Source: a virus (taxonomy: Duplodnaviria > Caudoviricetes). From it: 64,000 nt of DNA. The first letter of the stretch is position 1. Every line of letters starts with the position of its first letter. Under the pieces are notes generated by a model. It ran no database searches. It was not told where the DNA came from and was given only the letters and a program-made list of their open reading frames with translations. Made by a program: the position numbers and the translations under genes. The stretch is from the IMG/VR virus record IMGVR_UViG_3300003702_000001, positions 2,160 to 66,159 of that record. One strand, written 5' to 3'. Shown here piece after piece: positions 1-10,179 of this stretch.

Positions 1-781
1 TCCAAAGAGTGATTATAGGAGATAAACCATAAAGTCTACTAGGTGTGTACTTACTAAAATGAAGCACCTCTCCTTCTAAATATAATTGTTCCTCTCCATT
101 AACCCTATTTACATAATGAACAGGATATAAGTCAGCACCCCCGCATATATCACAAGTACCTACCGCATCTTCTTGAATAAAATCTCTGTGTCGCAAACAA
201 GTAAAGCCCTTAACTCCACGCTCACCTAGTTCATCAGCATAAATATGCATAGTTACAGGGTCACCTCTATACACTTCTTTAATCCTATGCATCATTATTT
301 CTGAATCATTATCCAAGAAATATTCTTTAACCAAAACTAAGTATGCATCATCCATAATATTGAGGTCATCTTCTAATTCTTTTAAAATATCTATAAAAAG
401 TTGTTCTGATTTATTAACATAACTTTCCATAAATTTATGAGCATACTTCAATTGCTGTGGGTCCGGCTTTTTTAAGTTTATTGAATCACACTCTGCACAT
501 TCTTCTGTTGGAGCCTTATGTTCCTTACCACATTCTTCACACTTAACAACGAATTTTTCTTCCCAAAGATAACCCCTACGGAAAATTTCATTCTTTAATT
601 GAGTCACACAGGTTCTTAATATAACAGACTGATTTGCTATATGATAAATAATAGGGCCAGTCAGCATATAAGAATGGTCTTTTTCCTGAATCCCCGGATT
701 AAAAACAGTTCTATCTGCTGGTCTAGGAGTAGTCCTTCTAAATAAATTTCGTATGCTAAATCTACGCTTCTCTTCAGCCAT
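1..781 (-). CDS. Portal protein, N-terminal part (runs off the window start)
   Basis: Not in the ORF track; translated by hand from the ATG at 781: MAEEKRRFSIRNLF...SSVILRTCVTQLKNEIFRRG...LKELEDDLNIMDDAYLVL...EVLHF..TPSRLYGLSPI. This is a typical portal signature, two genes downstream of terL. Confidence 0.85.
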   Translation of the reverse strand, partial: MAEEKRRFSIRNLFRRTTPRPADRTVFNPGIQEKDHSYMLTGPIIYHIANQSVILRTCVTQLKNEIFRRGYLWEEKFVVKCEECGKEHKAPTEECAECDSINLKKPDPQQLKYAHKFMESYVNKSEQLFIDILKELEDDLNIMDDAYLVLVKEYFLDNDSEIMMHRIKEVYRGDPVTMHIYADELGERGVKGFTCLRHRDFIQEDAVGTCDICGGADLYPVHYVNRVNGEEQLYLEGEVLHFSKYTPSRLYGLSPIITLW

Positions 782-841
782 GTATATTACCTTCTACCCT
801 ATACTAATCGCTAGACGCACTTGCCTATGAACATTCCCATC

Positions 842-2173
842 CTATTGTATTCGTGATTCTATCTTATCCATTCTAGACATTTTATTGTTACCTTCTAATT
901 TCTTTATGGAATCTAAATCAAATCCATCTTGTGTAAAGTCATAATTAGTATCATCTTTATGGTTATGATATTTCATTAACTTAAACAATTCGTTAACTCT
1001 AATTTCTGCCCAAGGTTCCTTTTTATGTCCCTTCTTAATTCTTATTAATTCTAGAAGTATATCTGCATTTGGCCCCTTCATTCTAAAGTGCGGCCTACAT
1101 TTAGTTAACAAATCACGAACATCATCTTGAGAATAGAAATTTAATCTATTTACTAGTCTTGTATCTTGTGGAGATTTCTGGTCAAGATGCAACCTTCCGC
1201 TACCAAGTGATTTACGCATTTCTATCATGAATGCCCTGCCTCTATCACCTGTAGCAACCATACCAACTCTAGGATTGTTATTCCTATCCATAGTAATATA
1301 ACCATCTGAATCAATAAATGCTGCAGTATATGCATAAATATCTTTCTTAATATCTTCATTCAATTTAAAAAATGCACCATTAACATTGGTTATATTTTGT
1401 GATTTAGCCAAATGAGCAATAATTCTTGGAGAACTTTTACTTCTCAAATTTTTCGGCATTAATTCATATAGTTCTCTAGAAGATATTCCCGGATTATTAC
1501 ATACGGATTTCATTATAGATTTCTTTATTTTTTCTTTAGTGCCAACTATGGTATATTGTTTTCTTAACAAAGATTTAAATTGTCTCTTAGAATTAGACAT
1601 TTGTTTACTCAAAGAAACATATTCCGCATTTATAGGCACATCTTTCCTACTTAATTTGAATTCCCAATATTTACATAGATTATCTGTAAGTTCTCTTCTA
1701 GTATCTACATCATTTACATTTCCTAATTTAACTAAATCAGATTCAGAACACACCATATCCCTTATTAGTGGTTTATATTTATTAATCCAATAAATCTTAT
1801 CAATACTCTTATCTAAATGGTCAGAATATGCTTTAATCAAATTATCTATAGAATCTGTTAACCTTATCTTTTCCTCGCCCTTAAGAGTTCTTCTATACAT
1901 TCTCATATCCTTTATTAACTTAGGTATATCCTTGCCCTCTATTTGATATTGCTTAAGTTGAATATCCAAGTCTTTCTTTGCAGTTGTTAAGGATAAATTG
2001 AACTCTTCTGCATACAACTTAACTAAATTGTCGTGATTATCTAAAGATTGTTCCTCTAACCACTTTTTAGTCTTAAGGTCTTCTTCTATCTCTTCTTGTT
2101 CTCCTTCTACTCTCTCAACTTCATCTACCTTATCTGCTAACTCTCTGAGTTTCTGTCCTTTTTCTCCAACCAT
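842..2173 (-). CDS. Multidomain protein: helical N-terminus, HTH-like segment, C-terminal LAGLIDADG domain
   Basis: YTAAFIDSDGYI LAGLIDADG helix followed by a typical beta-sheet region (RLHL..KS...RLNFYSQDDVRDLL); NNPGISSRELY HTH-like segment. Confidence 0.75.
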   Translation of the reverse strand: MVGEKGQKLRELADKVDEVERVEGEQEEIEEDLKTKKWLEEQSLDNHDNLVKLYAEEFNLSLTTAKKDLDIQLKQYQIEGKDIPKLIKDMRMYRRTLKGEEKIRLTDSIDNLIKAYSDHLDKSIDKIYWINKYKPLIRDMVCSESDLVKLGNVNDVDTRRELTDNLCKYWEFKLSRKDVPINAEYVSLSKQMSNSKRQFKSLLRKQYTIVGTKEKIKKSIMKSVCNNPGISSRELYELMPKNLRSKSSPRIIAHLAKSQNITNVNGAFFKLNEDIKKDIYAYTAAFIDSDGYITMDRNNNPRVGMVATGDRGRAFMIEMRKSLGSGRLHLDQKSPQDTRLVNRLNFYSQDDVRDLLTKCRPHFRMKGPNADILLELIRIKKGHKKEPWAEIRVNELFKLMKYHNHKDDTNYDFTQDGFDLDSIKKLEGNNKMSRMDKIESRIQ

Positions 2174-2191
2174 GATAAATCACCTACAGTA

Positions 2192-3637
2192 TTAAAAATT
2201 TAACCCCATAAGGCCCGTATTTGACCCACTGAGGGCTATCTGAGGCTCTTCAAAGATTCCGAGGTCATCAAGTAGTATAAATGTCTCGGAGGCCGTCTGT
2301 GTGGCCGCATTTGCTAATGCAAGGCCCATTACTAAGTCATCATGTGCCCCAACCCCTTCAAATCTTCCTGATTCAGTAATAGTGAACATAGATAATTCCT
2401 CTATTAACGCCGTAGTCATCGCTTTACTGTTATTATCTCCATAAGGGAAATTTAATTTACCATTTTCTATGTTCATCTGTAAGTTAAGGATAATTTCTTG
2501 CTTATTCTTTCTAGTAGTATTGAAATCTTTAATATTTAAGTCAGTCATGCTCCTTAACTCTTGTGTAAATGCCTTTGCGAAGGTGTTTGTCTCATATAAG
2601 ACTATTTCGGGTTGGAATAACTTACCTATGAGTCTAATCTTTTCAATATTCTCTCTAAACTCCACATTTTTTGCCCTATCTACATGAACAATAGTTTTAT
2701 TCTTCTCTTCATCTACTTCCAAGACCATAATTACATTATAATCTCCATCTGTAGAGATAGCAGGGTCAACACCAACATAATATTTATAACCTTTATCTAT
2801 TCGATTACCTAATTTAAGTACATAGTCCTTATTTTTACATTTATCTACATATTCATGGTCAAAGAGAGCAGTTCCAGTTGAAACAGGTATGCATAGATAC
2901 TCTCTTGTGAATTTCAGTGACCCTATCTCAGATTTTCTTTGCATAAGTGCATCATAACCCCATCTATCAGCCCACAGTGGTTCATTTAAAGAATTAAGAC
3001 AAGGATATTTCCTTACAGTATATGCCTCATTTTCTTCTAGTAAAGAAAAAATATCTGTATAAGTAAAAGGAGTTCCTATCATTCTTAGATTAGCAGTATG
3101 ATGCAGAGTAGGAATCATATCTCCAAAGAACCAATCTGTAACTTTCTGTATTGCTGATAAACTAAACTCTTTCAAAGGGTCATCAATAATAATCTCTTGA
3201 GGGTGAAGTCCACGAATCTGAGAACCAATTGAACGCTCTAGAACAGCATTACCATTAGTAAGTTGCATATTACCTATTGCCCATCCTCTCTTCGGTTTAT
3301 ATTTCTTCAATGCAGGAAGACCAAAGACTCTATCTATTTCCCTCATATGTACTAAAGTCTGCTTTTGGTTAGATGAAATATATAGCATTTGAAATGGAGG
3401 TTCTTGAAACACTAAGTTCCAAACTACCCATGAATGCATGAAAACTGATTTGCCGTGGTCTCTTGCACAAACAATAACTGTTCTATCTGTATTTTGCATA
3501 GTTTCGTGCCACTCTTGCATATACTCTGGATATAATAGTCCCAATACATTCTTAAAGAAATAGGGGAAAGAATTTCTAGATAATTCCATGTCCATATTAG
3601 ACACAAAATCAAGTTGTTCTACTTCCACTCTAAACAC
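2192..3637 (-). CDS. terL: Terminase large subunit
   Basis: Walker A CARDHGKS, Walker B IIIDDP, IGTP coupling motif, nuclease VGVDPA and HDDLVM motifs. Confidence 0.95.
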   Translation of the reverse strand: MFRVEVEQLDFVSNMDMELSRNSFPYFFKNVLGLLYPEYMQEWHETMQNTDRTVIVCARDHGKSVFMHSWVVWNLVFQEPPFQMLYISSNQKQTLVHMREIDRVFGLPALKKYKPKRGWAIGNMQLTNGNAVLERSIGSQIRGLHPQEIIIDDPLKEFSLSAIQKVTDWFFGDMIPTLHHTANLRMIGTPFTYTDIFSLLEENEAYTVRKYPCLNSLNEPLWADRWGYDALMQRKSEIGSLKFTREYLCIPVSTGTALFDHEYVDKCKNKDYVLKLGNRIDKGYKYYVGVDPAISTDGDYNVIMVLEVDEEKNKTIVHVDRAKNVEFRENIEKIRLIGKLFQPEIVLYETNTFAKAFTQELRSMTDLNIKDFNTTRKNKQEIILNLQMNIENGKLNFPYGDNNSKAMTTALIEELSMFTITESGRFEGVGAHDDLVMGLALANAATQTASETFILLDDLGIFEEPQIALSGSNTGLMGLNF

Positions 3638-4190
3638 CCTTTATAGTTATCCACCATTTAGAACCAATATATTTCTGTAAAGTCCCTACATTACCACTGG
3701 CTTCTGCAATTGATAATTCATCTAATATATCTTCAGGAATATCTTCTTGTTTAATTGGATGAAAACCTTTTGCTGTATAATGTCTCATTGCACTCCTACT
3801 AGTAAAAGAAGCCAATAATGTTCTATCACCTTTCTCTTTAATAAGTTTATCTATTAATAATCCTACTGCACCTTTTTTTCTATCGCTTTGTCTATATCCT
3901 TCTCTCACATGTATGCCTGAACCTAATAAAAATCCCTTATGTTCTGCAAATCCTAACACACCAATAGGTTTATTTCCTTGCTTCAAATACATAACCCAAT
4001 GATTAGAAGGTTTTGTAGCAAACAACCCAGTCTTAGGTAATCTCTTGTATCTTTGCTGTCTAGTTTGCCATTTAGTATATCCATCCTCTCTAAATACTCT
4101 TATAGATTCTTCTTCCGACATAGCCTTGAAATAAACATCATTCCATGTATAATCATTTTCTGGTGGGAAAGGATAGTCTTCTTTAACCAT
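3630..4190 (-). CDS. GNAT-family acetyltransferase
   Basis: PIGVLGF...GIHVREGYRQ..KGAVGLL (motif A-like) and AMRHYTAKGF (motif B-like). Confidence 0.65.
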   Translation of the reverse strand: MVKEDYPFPPENDYTWNDVYFKAMSEEESIRVFREDGYTKWQTRQQRYKRLPKTGLFATKPSNHWVMYLKQGNKPIGVLGFAEHKGFLLGSGIHVREGYRQSDRKKGAVGLLIDKLIKEKGDRTLLASFTSRSAMRHYTAKGFHPIKQEDIPEDILDELSIAEASGNVGTLQKYIGSKWWITIKGV

Positions 4191-4194
4191 ACAT

Positions 4195-6894
4195 TCACCT
4201 AAAGTTTGCTTTCAAGAAATACACTGTTTCTTGAGTAATACCATGCTTACTTGCTATTTCCCCCATAGAATTAAATTCATTAATTATAGTCTCCACTTCT
4301 GTAGCATTTAAGTCTACATTATAATCTTTCTTTGCTACTTCTATTGCATAATTAACATGGTCATAATTGTCTATTTTAGAAGTATTGTAATGGACCGGTT
4401 TGTTTAACATCTTACGAATATTATCATGGGCTATTAACACTTCTGCTGCCAAGTCTGCTTTCACTATATCAAATGAATCTAATGCTACAAAGAATTTTCT
4501 AATAAGGTTATCTCTCTTAAATCTAGTATCAGATTCATAAGTAGATTTATGTCTTCTAAGATGACTTTCTAGTGCGTCTAATGGATAAGTTTTCTTAGCA
4601 TTGAATTTTTTAGCCCACTCCTCAGAGGTTTTTCCTCTAAAGTCAATAGTTTCTTGTATATTATTCTTCTCTTTAATTTCTTGTAAAATTGTTCCGAAGT
4701 GAATATAAATATCTTCATCATGGTCATAACTAAATATTTCTTCTAGACTTGTTGCTGCTCTATCCATTTTATCTACTAAGTTAGACAGTCTTCTTTGTAA
4801 AGCAGGTTTAGATATTTCTTCCATTAACTCTGTCAATTGTTTTAATGAGTGAACAGAAATCGCTGCAGTTACTAACTCAAAGTATCTAATCATCAATGTA
4901 GCAAATGCATCGGGATTCTTCATCTCATCTCTAAATAATCTCATAGTATATTCTGCAATAAATTCTTGTTCATCATCAAATGGTATGTATCGACTGGTTA
5001 AAGGTATTACAAACGCTTCAACTAATGCTTCCATATATTCCTCATATTCATTAGAAAACATATCCCCAAATAAATCAAGTACATTCTTTCCTTGTTTCTC
5101 TCTACCAGTAGTTCCTTCATATACTTTTATAGGCTCTTTATTCCGCCCTTGAAGAGATGATTGCCTAGTAACTCCACTAGTGGGCCAAGCCTTGTCTTTC
5201 ATACCACCTAGACTCATCATATCTTTTAGTGAATCGAAATGTTCTTTTAATTTTTTAACCTTTTCACCCACATCATCTCTTTCAGATAGGTCTGCTACCT
5301 TGGGGGTTAATGGTAAATAAAATCTATCAGTATCTTTAAAGTCTGTAGCGGTATCATATAATTCATCGAAATAATTATCTAACTTATCTAATTCACTTGG
5401 CTCTAAGAAAATATCTATTCTTGCTGCTTTCTTCTGAACTAATCTTTTTATTGAGGCTACATCATTTTTAAACATTGGCACTCTACCAAATGCTCCTTGT
5501 TCCCAAGCATAATAAAATAGTGGGTCAACCCTTTGAATAGACTTAATTGATTTAATATCTCCTAGAATAGAAGTCACAGCATCTTTGGGTATTCTATGTT
5601 GAGTTCCCGGTTCCATTGTTGCTTGTTCTGCTAATGTTCTTTCATCTTTATCAGGTTTAAAAACATCTCTTTCTATTTTTACATCAGGGTCATGTAATTC
5701 TCTACCTGCTACATCTTGACCCGTTAACCTATAATCAGCAGTTACTTCACCAGTTCCTACGCGTTCTCCTTCTTCTTCACCGAACCTTCTACTAGCCTTG
5801 GGTTGTGCTTGAACCATATACAATTTAAGGAACTCACTAAGTAATACGATAGCCTTTACATTCTTATCATCCATATCAATATTTTTACTAGGAACTTCTA
5901 TAATATAATTGTCTGTCTTATCTAATTTCTTAGAGAAGAAAGCATCTAATTTTGCTTCTATTGCAGACATGATTTTCTCCTTATCTTCATTATCTTCTGC
6001 CTGTTCTTCAACAATCTTAAGTTTCTCTTTTAAGACTCTATGTAGTTCATCTTGAGCATCTATATACTTATTAAAATCATCATGGGCTTCTTTCCAATAT
6101 TTGTAGATTGCTTTTCTTGATTCTAAATTCTTAAGACTCATCCTACCAATTAATAAATCGGGGTGTATAGTTTTAATCTCATCTTTACCTGAAGTTTGCA
6201 ATGATTTTAACTTTCTAATAAATGGCCCCAATCTAGATTCTAGAGAAGCATGTTTAGAAGATTGTGTTCCAAATGCTTCTATATCATGATTAATTAATCC
6301 TCTATCAGTAAAGTAATTAGAATCTTGAGAAATTCCTATTTCTGATATACCCAAAGGTCTAATTTTTCTTAATTTTTTAGTAGTCATTACTCTATTTTTA
6401 TAAGTGAAGTTATCTAGAATATCATCTAAATCAATTTCTTGAACCTGTTCTACTGAGGTTTCTATTGCACCCTTAATACTAGCGTACCTTCTCAAAATCT
6501 CTTTTGTATCTTCCCTTATTTTATTCCATCTTGTTTGTCTAGGCGGCACTAACTCATCAACAAGTTTGCTTATCTTAGAAATTATTAACGATGTCCATTT
6601 CTTTGTGTCTTCTTCTACTACAAAATTAAAATTATATTTAAATTTCCAATCTCCCGTTTCAGTAGCAAAATCTGGATTCAATTTCTTGAATACATCTGCT
6701 AATTCATTGGAAGTGGCTCTACTTGCTAAAGCATCTGCGTAATCTGTTTTAACATCCATTGTAAGTTGGTCTTCATCTGATAGTCCTTCTTCTTCCTTAA
6801 CTTCAGCAAAGAATGAACCACCCTCTTTCCTTGTGAAATAACCAAGAATTTTTTCTCTTCTATTTTGTCCTGCTGCCCAATCTTCTTTAGTCAT
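4195..6894 (-). CDS. Large hypothetical protein (899 aa, charged, helical)
   Basis: Long ORF with genome-typical codon use, coupled to its neighbours; no recognisable motif. Confidence 0.85.
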   Translation of the reverse strand: MTKEDWAAGQNRREKILGYFTRKEGGSFFAEVKEEEGLSDEDQLTMDVKTDYADALASRATSNELADVFKKLNPDFATETGDWKFKYNFNFVVEEDTKKWTSLIISKISKLVDELVPPRQTRWNKIREDTKEILRRYASIKGAIETSVEQVQEIDLDDILDNFTYKNRVMTTKKLRKIRPLGISEIGISQDSNYFTDRGLINHDIEAFGTQSSKHASLESRLGPFIRKLKSLQTSGKDEIKTIHPDLLIGRMSLKNLESRKAIYKYWKEAHDDFNKYIDAQDELHRVLKEKLKIVEEQAEDNEDKEKIMSAIEAKLDAFFSKKLDKTDNYIIEVPSKNIDMDDKNVKAIVLLSEFLKLYMVQAQPKASRRFGEEEGERVGTGEVTADYRLTGQDVAGRELHDPDVKIERDVFKPDKDERTLAEQATMEPGTQHRIPKDAVTSILGDIKSIKSIQRVDPLFYYAWEQGAFGRVPMFKNDVASIKRLVQKKAARIDIFLEPSELDKLDNYFDELYDTATDFKDTDRFYLPLTPKVADLSERDDVGEKVKKLKEHFDSLKDMMSLGGMKDKAWPTSGVTRQSSLQGRNKEPIKVYEGTTGREKQGKNVLDLFGDMFSNEYEEYMEALVEAFVIPLTSRYIPFDDEQEFIAEYTMRLFRDEMKNPDAFATLMIRYFELVTAAISVHSLKQLTELMEEISKPALQRRLSNLVDKMDRAATSLEEIFSYDHDEDIYIHFGTILQEIKEKNNIQETIDFRGKTSEEWAKKFNAKKTYPLDALESHLRRHKSTYESDTRFKRDNLIRKFFVALDSFDIVKADLAAEVLIAHDNIRKMLNKPVHYNTSKIDNYDHVNYAIEVAKKDYNVDLNATEVETIINEFNSMGEIASKHGITQETVYFLKANFR

Positions 6895-8528
6895 ATTTTA
6901 GTCGCCCCCAATAATCCTAATTCTCTCAGTATATCTAAAGGTTCTATTTGTCCTGTGCTGTCTTCATGTTCATCTTCTGCAAGCCTTATTGATTTACTAG
7001 CAATATCTTCCATTTTTTCTATTGTTGCATCAAGAAAGCCTTGTCGTATTTTTTTATAGTCACCCTTTTCTAGTTTATCTAGTATATCATCAACAATCTC
7101 TTTAATTTCAGATTCATCTTTTGATACTAGAATATCATCTACCAAAACATTAAAACCAATCTTACTAAATTTAGTATCTAATTTGGTCAACATCTCCACC
7201 ACATCTTCTGACACCACAACACTCTTATTAAATATATTATCATTAAGTTCCAATCGTCTCTCAGTTGTTGCGGCCCCTACTATAGTTTGAGCAATATTTA
7301 AATCTCTAGAAGTAAACATATTACTAAGGAGTCCAATATCTCTTCTAAATCTTTTAGTTTTTACTCTCATAACATCTTCATGTTCTTCCATCTCTTTCCA
7401 TGCTTGTTTTCTTTCTGGTTCAGAAATCCAATCTTCCCAGTCATCATAATCATCAAACCCATAGGCTTCTGCTACTATATCACTTTCATGTAAATTCAAA
7501 GCATCATAATCTTTTCTAGGTATTTCTCTAGTCTTCGGTTTACCGAGTTGAATCTGCAAATATTCATTATAAGCATTGAACGCCTCCCTTAGTTGTTTAT
7601 CTTCTTTAACTGCTTTCATAAACTTTGATGTATTATTCTCTACTTCATTCATTTTCTCTAGTAACTTAAATAAATTAAACCCGGTTAATTTAGGTAACTC
7701 TTCCTGTTCTTTTATATTTCGTATTGCCATTGCAGTAGCCAAAGAAAGTTTAGTTTTTGGTATTCTAAATACTTTTTCAAGTTCTTCATCTAAAGTAAAA
7801 GTTGGAGTAGCGAGAATGTATTCTAGTGCTGGATATAAAGTATTCTTTTTGGGACCGAATATAAGTGATTTACCCACATTAGGAAGCATTTTTCTTCTAT
7901 TTTTAGGTGTTAATTTACTAGGTCCAAATATTAACATATAATATTCATATATCTTTTGATGAGAAGGAGTGCCTGTTAATTTATATTGCTTAGTCCCTTC
8001 TTTGAATTCCCAGTCTATTGCCTCTAGTCTTTTTATTGTAGATATTCTAAGTTCCTCATCCTTTATCTTCTTTGCGATGGATAAAAGTTCATCCTTAAAT
8101 TTGATTAGAATTTTCTTTCTCTTAGTTTTAGTGTGTTTAGATTTAGTTTCAATATAATTAAATAAAGGCTCAAATTTACCTGCTTTGAATTCAGCAACTA
8201 ATTCCTCTATTTTGGGGGTAATTCCACCTTCTTTTCCCTTCTCAGATTTAACATCCTTAATCTCTTCTAGAACTCTATGCGCCCTTTCTTTTACTTGTTC
8301 TGGTGTTACCTCTTCAATTTCCTTTCCTCTAAAGATAGAACTACCCACACTATCAACAAGTTTATACTTATTGCCTTCTAAATAAGTAGTTAATACATTC
8401 CTAATCTGTAGTACCTTCTGCTCACCAGATTTAACATCTCCTATTAATTTCTCAGTAGATGCGTTATTATAGAGTAAAGCAATTATCCCCATATGTATGT
8501 CTTTTGCGGTGCGCGCTTTCATTAACAT
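6891..8528 (-). CDS. Hypothetical protein (545 aa, Lys/Glu-rich)
   Basis: Long ORF; its stop overlaps the next start (ATGA). Confidence 0.85.
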   Translation of the reverse strand: MLMKARTAKDIHMGIIALLYNNASTEKLIGDVKSGEQKVLQIRNVLTTYLEGNKYKLVDSVGSSIFRGKEIEEVTPEQVKERAHRVLEEIKDVKSEKGKEGGITPKIEELVAEFKAGKFEPLFNYIETKSKHTKTKRKKILIKFKDELLSIAKKIKDEELRISTIKRLEAIDWEFKEGTKQYKLTGTPSHQKIYEYYMLIFGPSKLTPKNRRKMLPNVGKSLIFGPKKNTLYPALEYILATPTFTLDEELEKVFRIPKTKLSLATAMAIRNIKEQEELPKLTGFNLFKLLEKMNEVENNTSKFMKAVKEDKQLREAFNAYNEYLQIQLGKPKTREIPRKDYDALNLHESDIVAEAYGFDDYDDWEDWISEPERKQAWKEMEEHEDVMRVKTKRFRRDIGLLSNMFTSRDLNIAQTIVGAATTERRLELNDNIFNKSVVVSEDVVEMLTKLDTKFSKIGFNVLVDDILVSKDESEIKEIVDDILDKLEKGDYKKIRQGFLDATIEKMEDIASKSIRLAEDEHEDSTGQIEPLDILRELGLLGATKI

Positions 8529-8872
8529 TAACCCTCTCCCCCAACATAACTTTCTTTATTCTTCCAATGAATATCTATCATATCATCGTTCCAATCATAA
8601 AGTGTAACATCAAATTTCGGATACCAACCCACCAACAGGGGTAACGCCTTATCTCTAGACATACCTAAAGTTTCTTCAACATTAAATCTAATATGCCTGT
8701 AGCCTTGTCTTCTAGCATCAATTAATAATGGGTCTATTTTCTCCTTAAATAACTTTTCAGCATTGTAATCATTAATCCTTCTATTAGGATGGTCTAATGG
8801 AACTATCTCATGAAACTCATCCACATCAAATGGAGGGGCTTTTAGTATATTAAACCAACTCATCTTAATCAA
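8528..8872 (-). CDS. Hypothetical protein with MSWFNILK leader
   Basis: ORF track; shared N-terminal motif. Confidence 0.75.
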   Translation of the reverse strand: MIKMSWFNILKAPPFDVDEFHEIVPLDHPNRRINDYNAEKLFKEKIDPLLIDARRQGYRHIRFNVEETLGMSRDKALPLLVGWYPKFDVTLYDWNDDMIDIHWKNKESYVGGEG

Positions 8873-9132
8873 AACCCTCTGGCTAACAACATCTCTCTAA
8901 TATCATTTAAAATATCTTCCAATTGTGAATCTAATTTTTCTAGTTGCTTACCAGCCTCAAGCATTTTTTCCAATTCCTCATCCTCTCCTTCCGGTAATCT
9001 CCTTTCTGCATACTTTTGTAAAGTATTGGCTAAAATATAAATATCGTTGAAACTTATCCCAGTTTCCCAATCATTATCAGTAAGTTGTCTAAACGATTGC
9101 ATGCTCTTCTTTATCCCATCTTTCCAACTCAT
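8869..9132 (-). CDS. Hypothetical protein with MSWKDGIK leader
   Basis: ORF track; ATGA overlaps on both sides. Confidence 0.7.
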   Translation of the reverse strand: MSWKDGIKKSMQSFRQLTDNDWETGISFNDIYILANTLQKYAERRLPEGEDEELEKMLEAGKQLEKLDSQLEDILNDIREMLLARGF

Positions 9133-9797
9133 TGCATTTTCTCCTCTAATTTACTCTTAACATCTAACCATACTTGAGGATGGTTCTGTGCAAGCACTTC
9201 TTGAACGATTTGCATTTGGGCAATGATAATAGTATCTTGCCTCTTATGTATCAACTTACCTTTGAATTCCATCAAATATCTAAGGCTCTCTCGTATCTCT
9301 TTAGCCAACTTAGTTAGACTATCAACATACTTTGGAGTCAAATCTTCTTGTTCAAACAACTCATCTATCTTATCTTCTAACCTAGATATGTTATTTGAGA
9401 GGGTATCTACTTCATCCACTTCTCTGATAGCAATTAAACTAGCCGCAGACTTTTGCACCAAAGGTTGTAAATGATTATTAACATGCCTTACTATTTGGTC
9501 TTCGCTAGAACCAACTATTTCTGCCGCTAAGGTGGGGGTTAAATTGCCATCATGTAACTGTGATTCTAGTTCTACTCGTATAGGGCTAGTGCATAACGCA
9601 CACCTTGGGTTGGAAGAATTAACATAATTGCCCATATGATTTCGTTGATGCCTAGAAGTCGTACCACTAGGCCAATCATTCTCTTTATCTATAGTATCTG
9701 CTGGAACTTCCATTACTTCAAGCCTTCTTTCTATCTCATCTCTATCAGTGTGATTACACAGAAAGCATCTTTTTCTAGTTACCATTTGACCACTCAC
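9129..9797 (-). CDS. Putative terminase small subunit (two CxxC...HxxxH units plus helical C-terminus)
   Basis: CFLC...RHQRNH and CALC...RHVNNH repeats with HTH-like spacing, followed by a coiled-coil; lies upstream of terL. Confidence 0.5.
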   Translation of the reverse strand: MSGQMVTRKRCFLCNHTDRDEIERRLEVMEVPADTIDKENDWPSGTTSRHQRNHMGNYVNSSNPRCALCTSPIRVELESQLHDGNLTPTLAAEIVGSSEDQIVRHVNNHLQPLVQKSAASLIAIREVDEVDTLSNNISRLEDKIDELFEQEDLTPKYVDSLTKLAKEIRESLRYLMEFKGKLIHKRQDTIIIAQMQIVQEVLAQNHPQVWLDVKSKLEEKMQ

Positions 9798-10179
9798 CCT
9801 TAAATTCAGTCTCTAATTTATCATACAACTCTGAGTCATTTTCTTTGATTTGCTCTACAGAACCCTTATTCTTGCTATAAATAACTTCATCTCCTTTTGA
9901 CACATGATTGATATAATCATTATGTACACTAGTTAAGGTTATAGATACCTCATAACCTAGATTAACAAGAAACTCATGCACTTTATTTGTTTCATTTCCT
10001 GAATCTAAAGTATCACCAAACCCAAACTTATTGAAAGCATCTGACCAATGATACTTTTCTCCTAAAATGGCTTTACTTTCTGTTAGTTCTTTAGGAAGTT
10101 TTGTTTGTTTATGTTTTCTACCACAGTCTTTTATTATATTAAACCAATTCATACCATCACCTTCATAATTGTTCTCCAA
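9775..10179 (-). CDS. Hypothetical protein; probable true start MNWFNIIK
   Basis: ORF track; leader motif preceded by a GGTGATGG SD-like sequence. Confidence 0.7.
   Translation of the reverse strand: MENNYEGDGMNWFNIIKDCGRKHKQTKLPKELTESKAILGEKYHWSDAFNKFGFGDTLDSGNETNKVHEFLVNLGYEVSITLTSVHNDYINHVSKGDEVIYSKNKGSVEQIKENDSELYDKLETEFKGEWSNGN

Noticed and set aside
842-2173. Intein
   Set aside because: It is a standalone ORF with no block A Cys/Ser start, no His-Asn end and no flanking extein.
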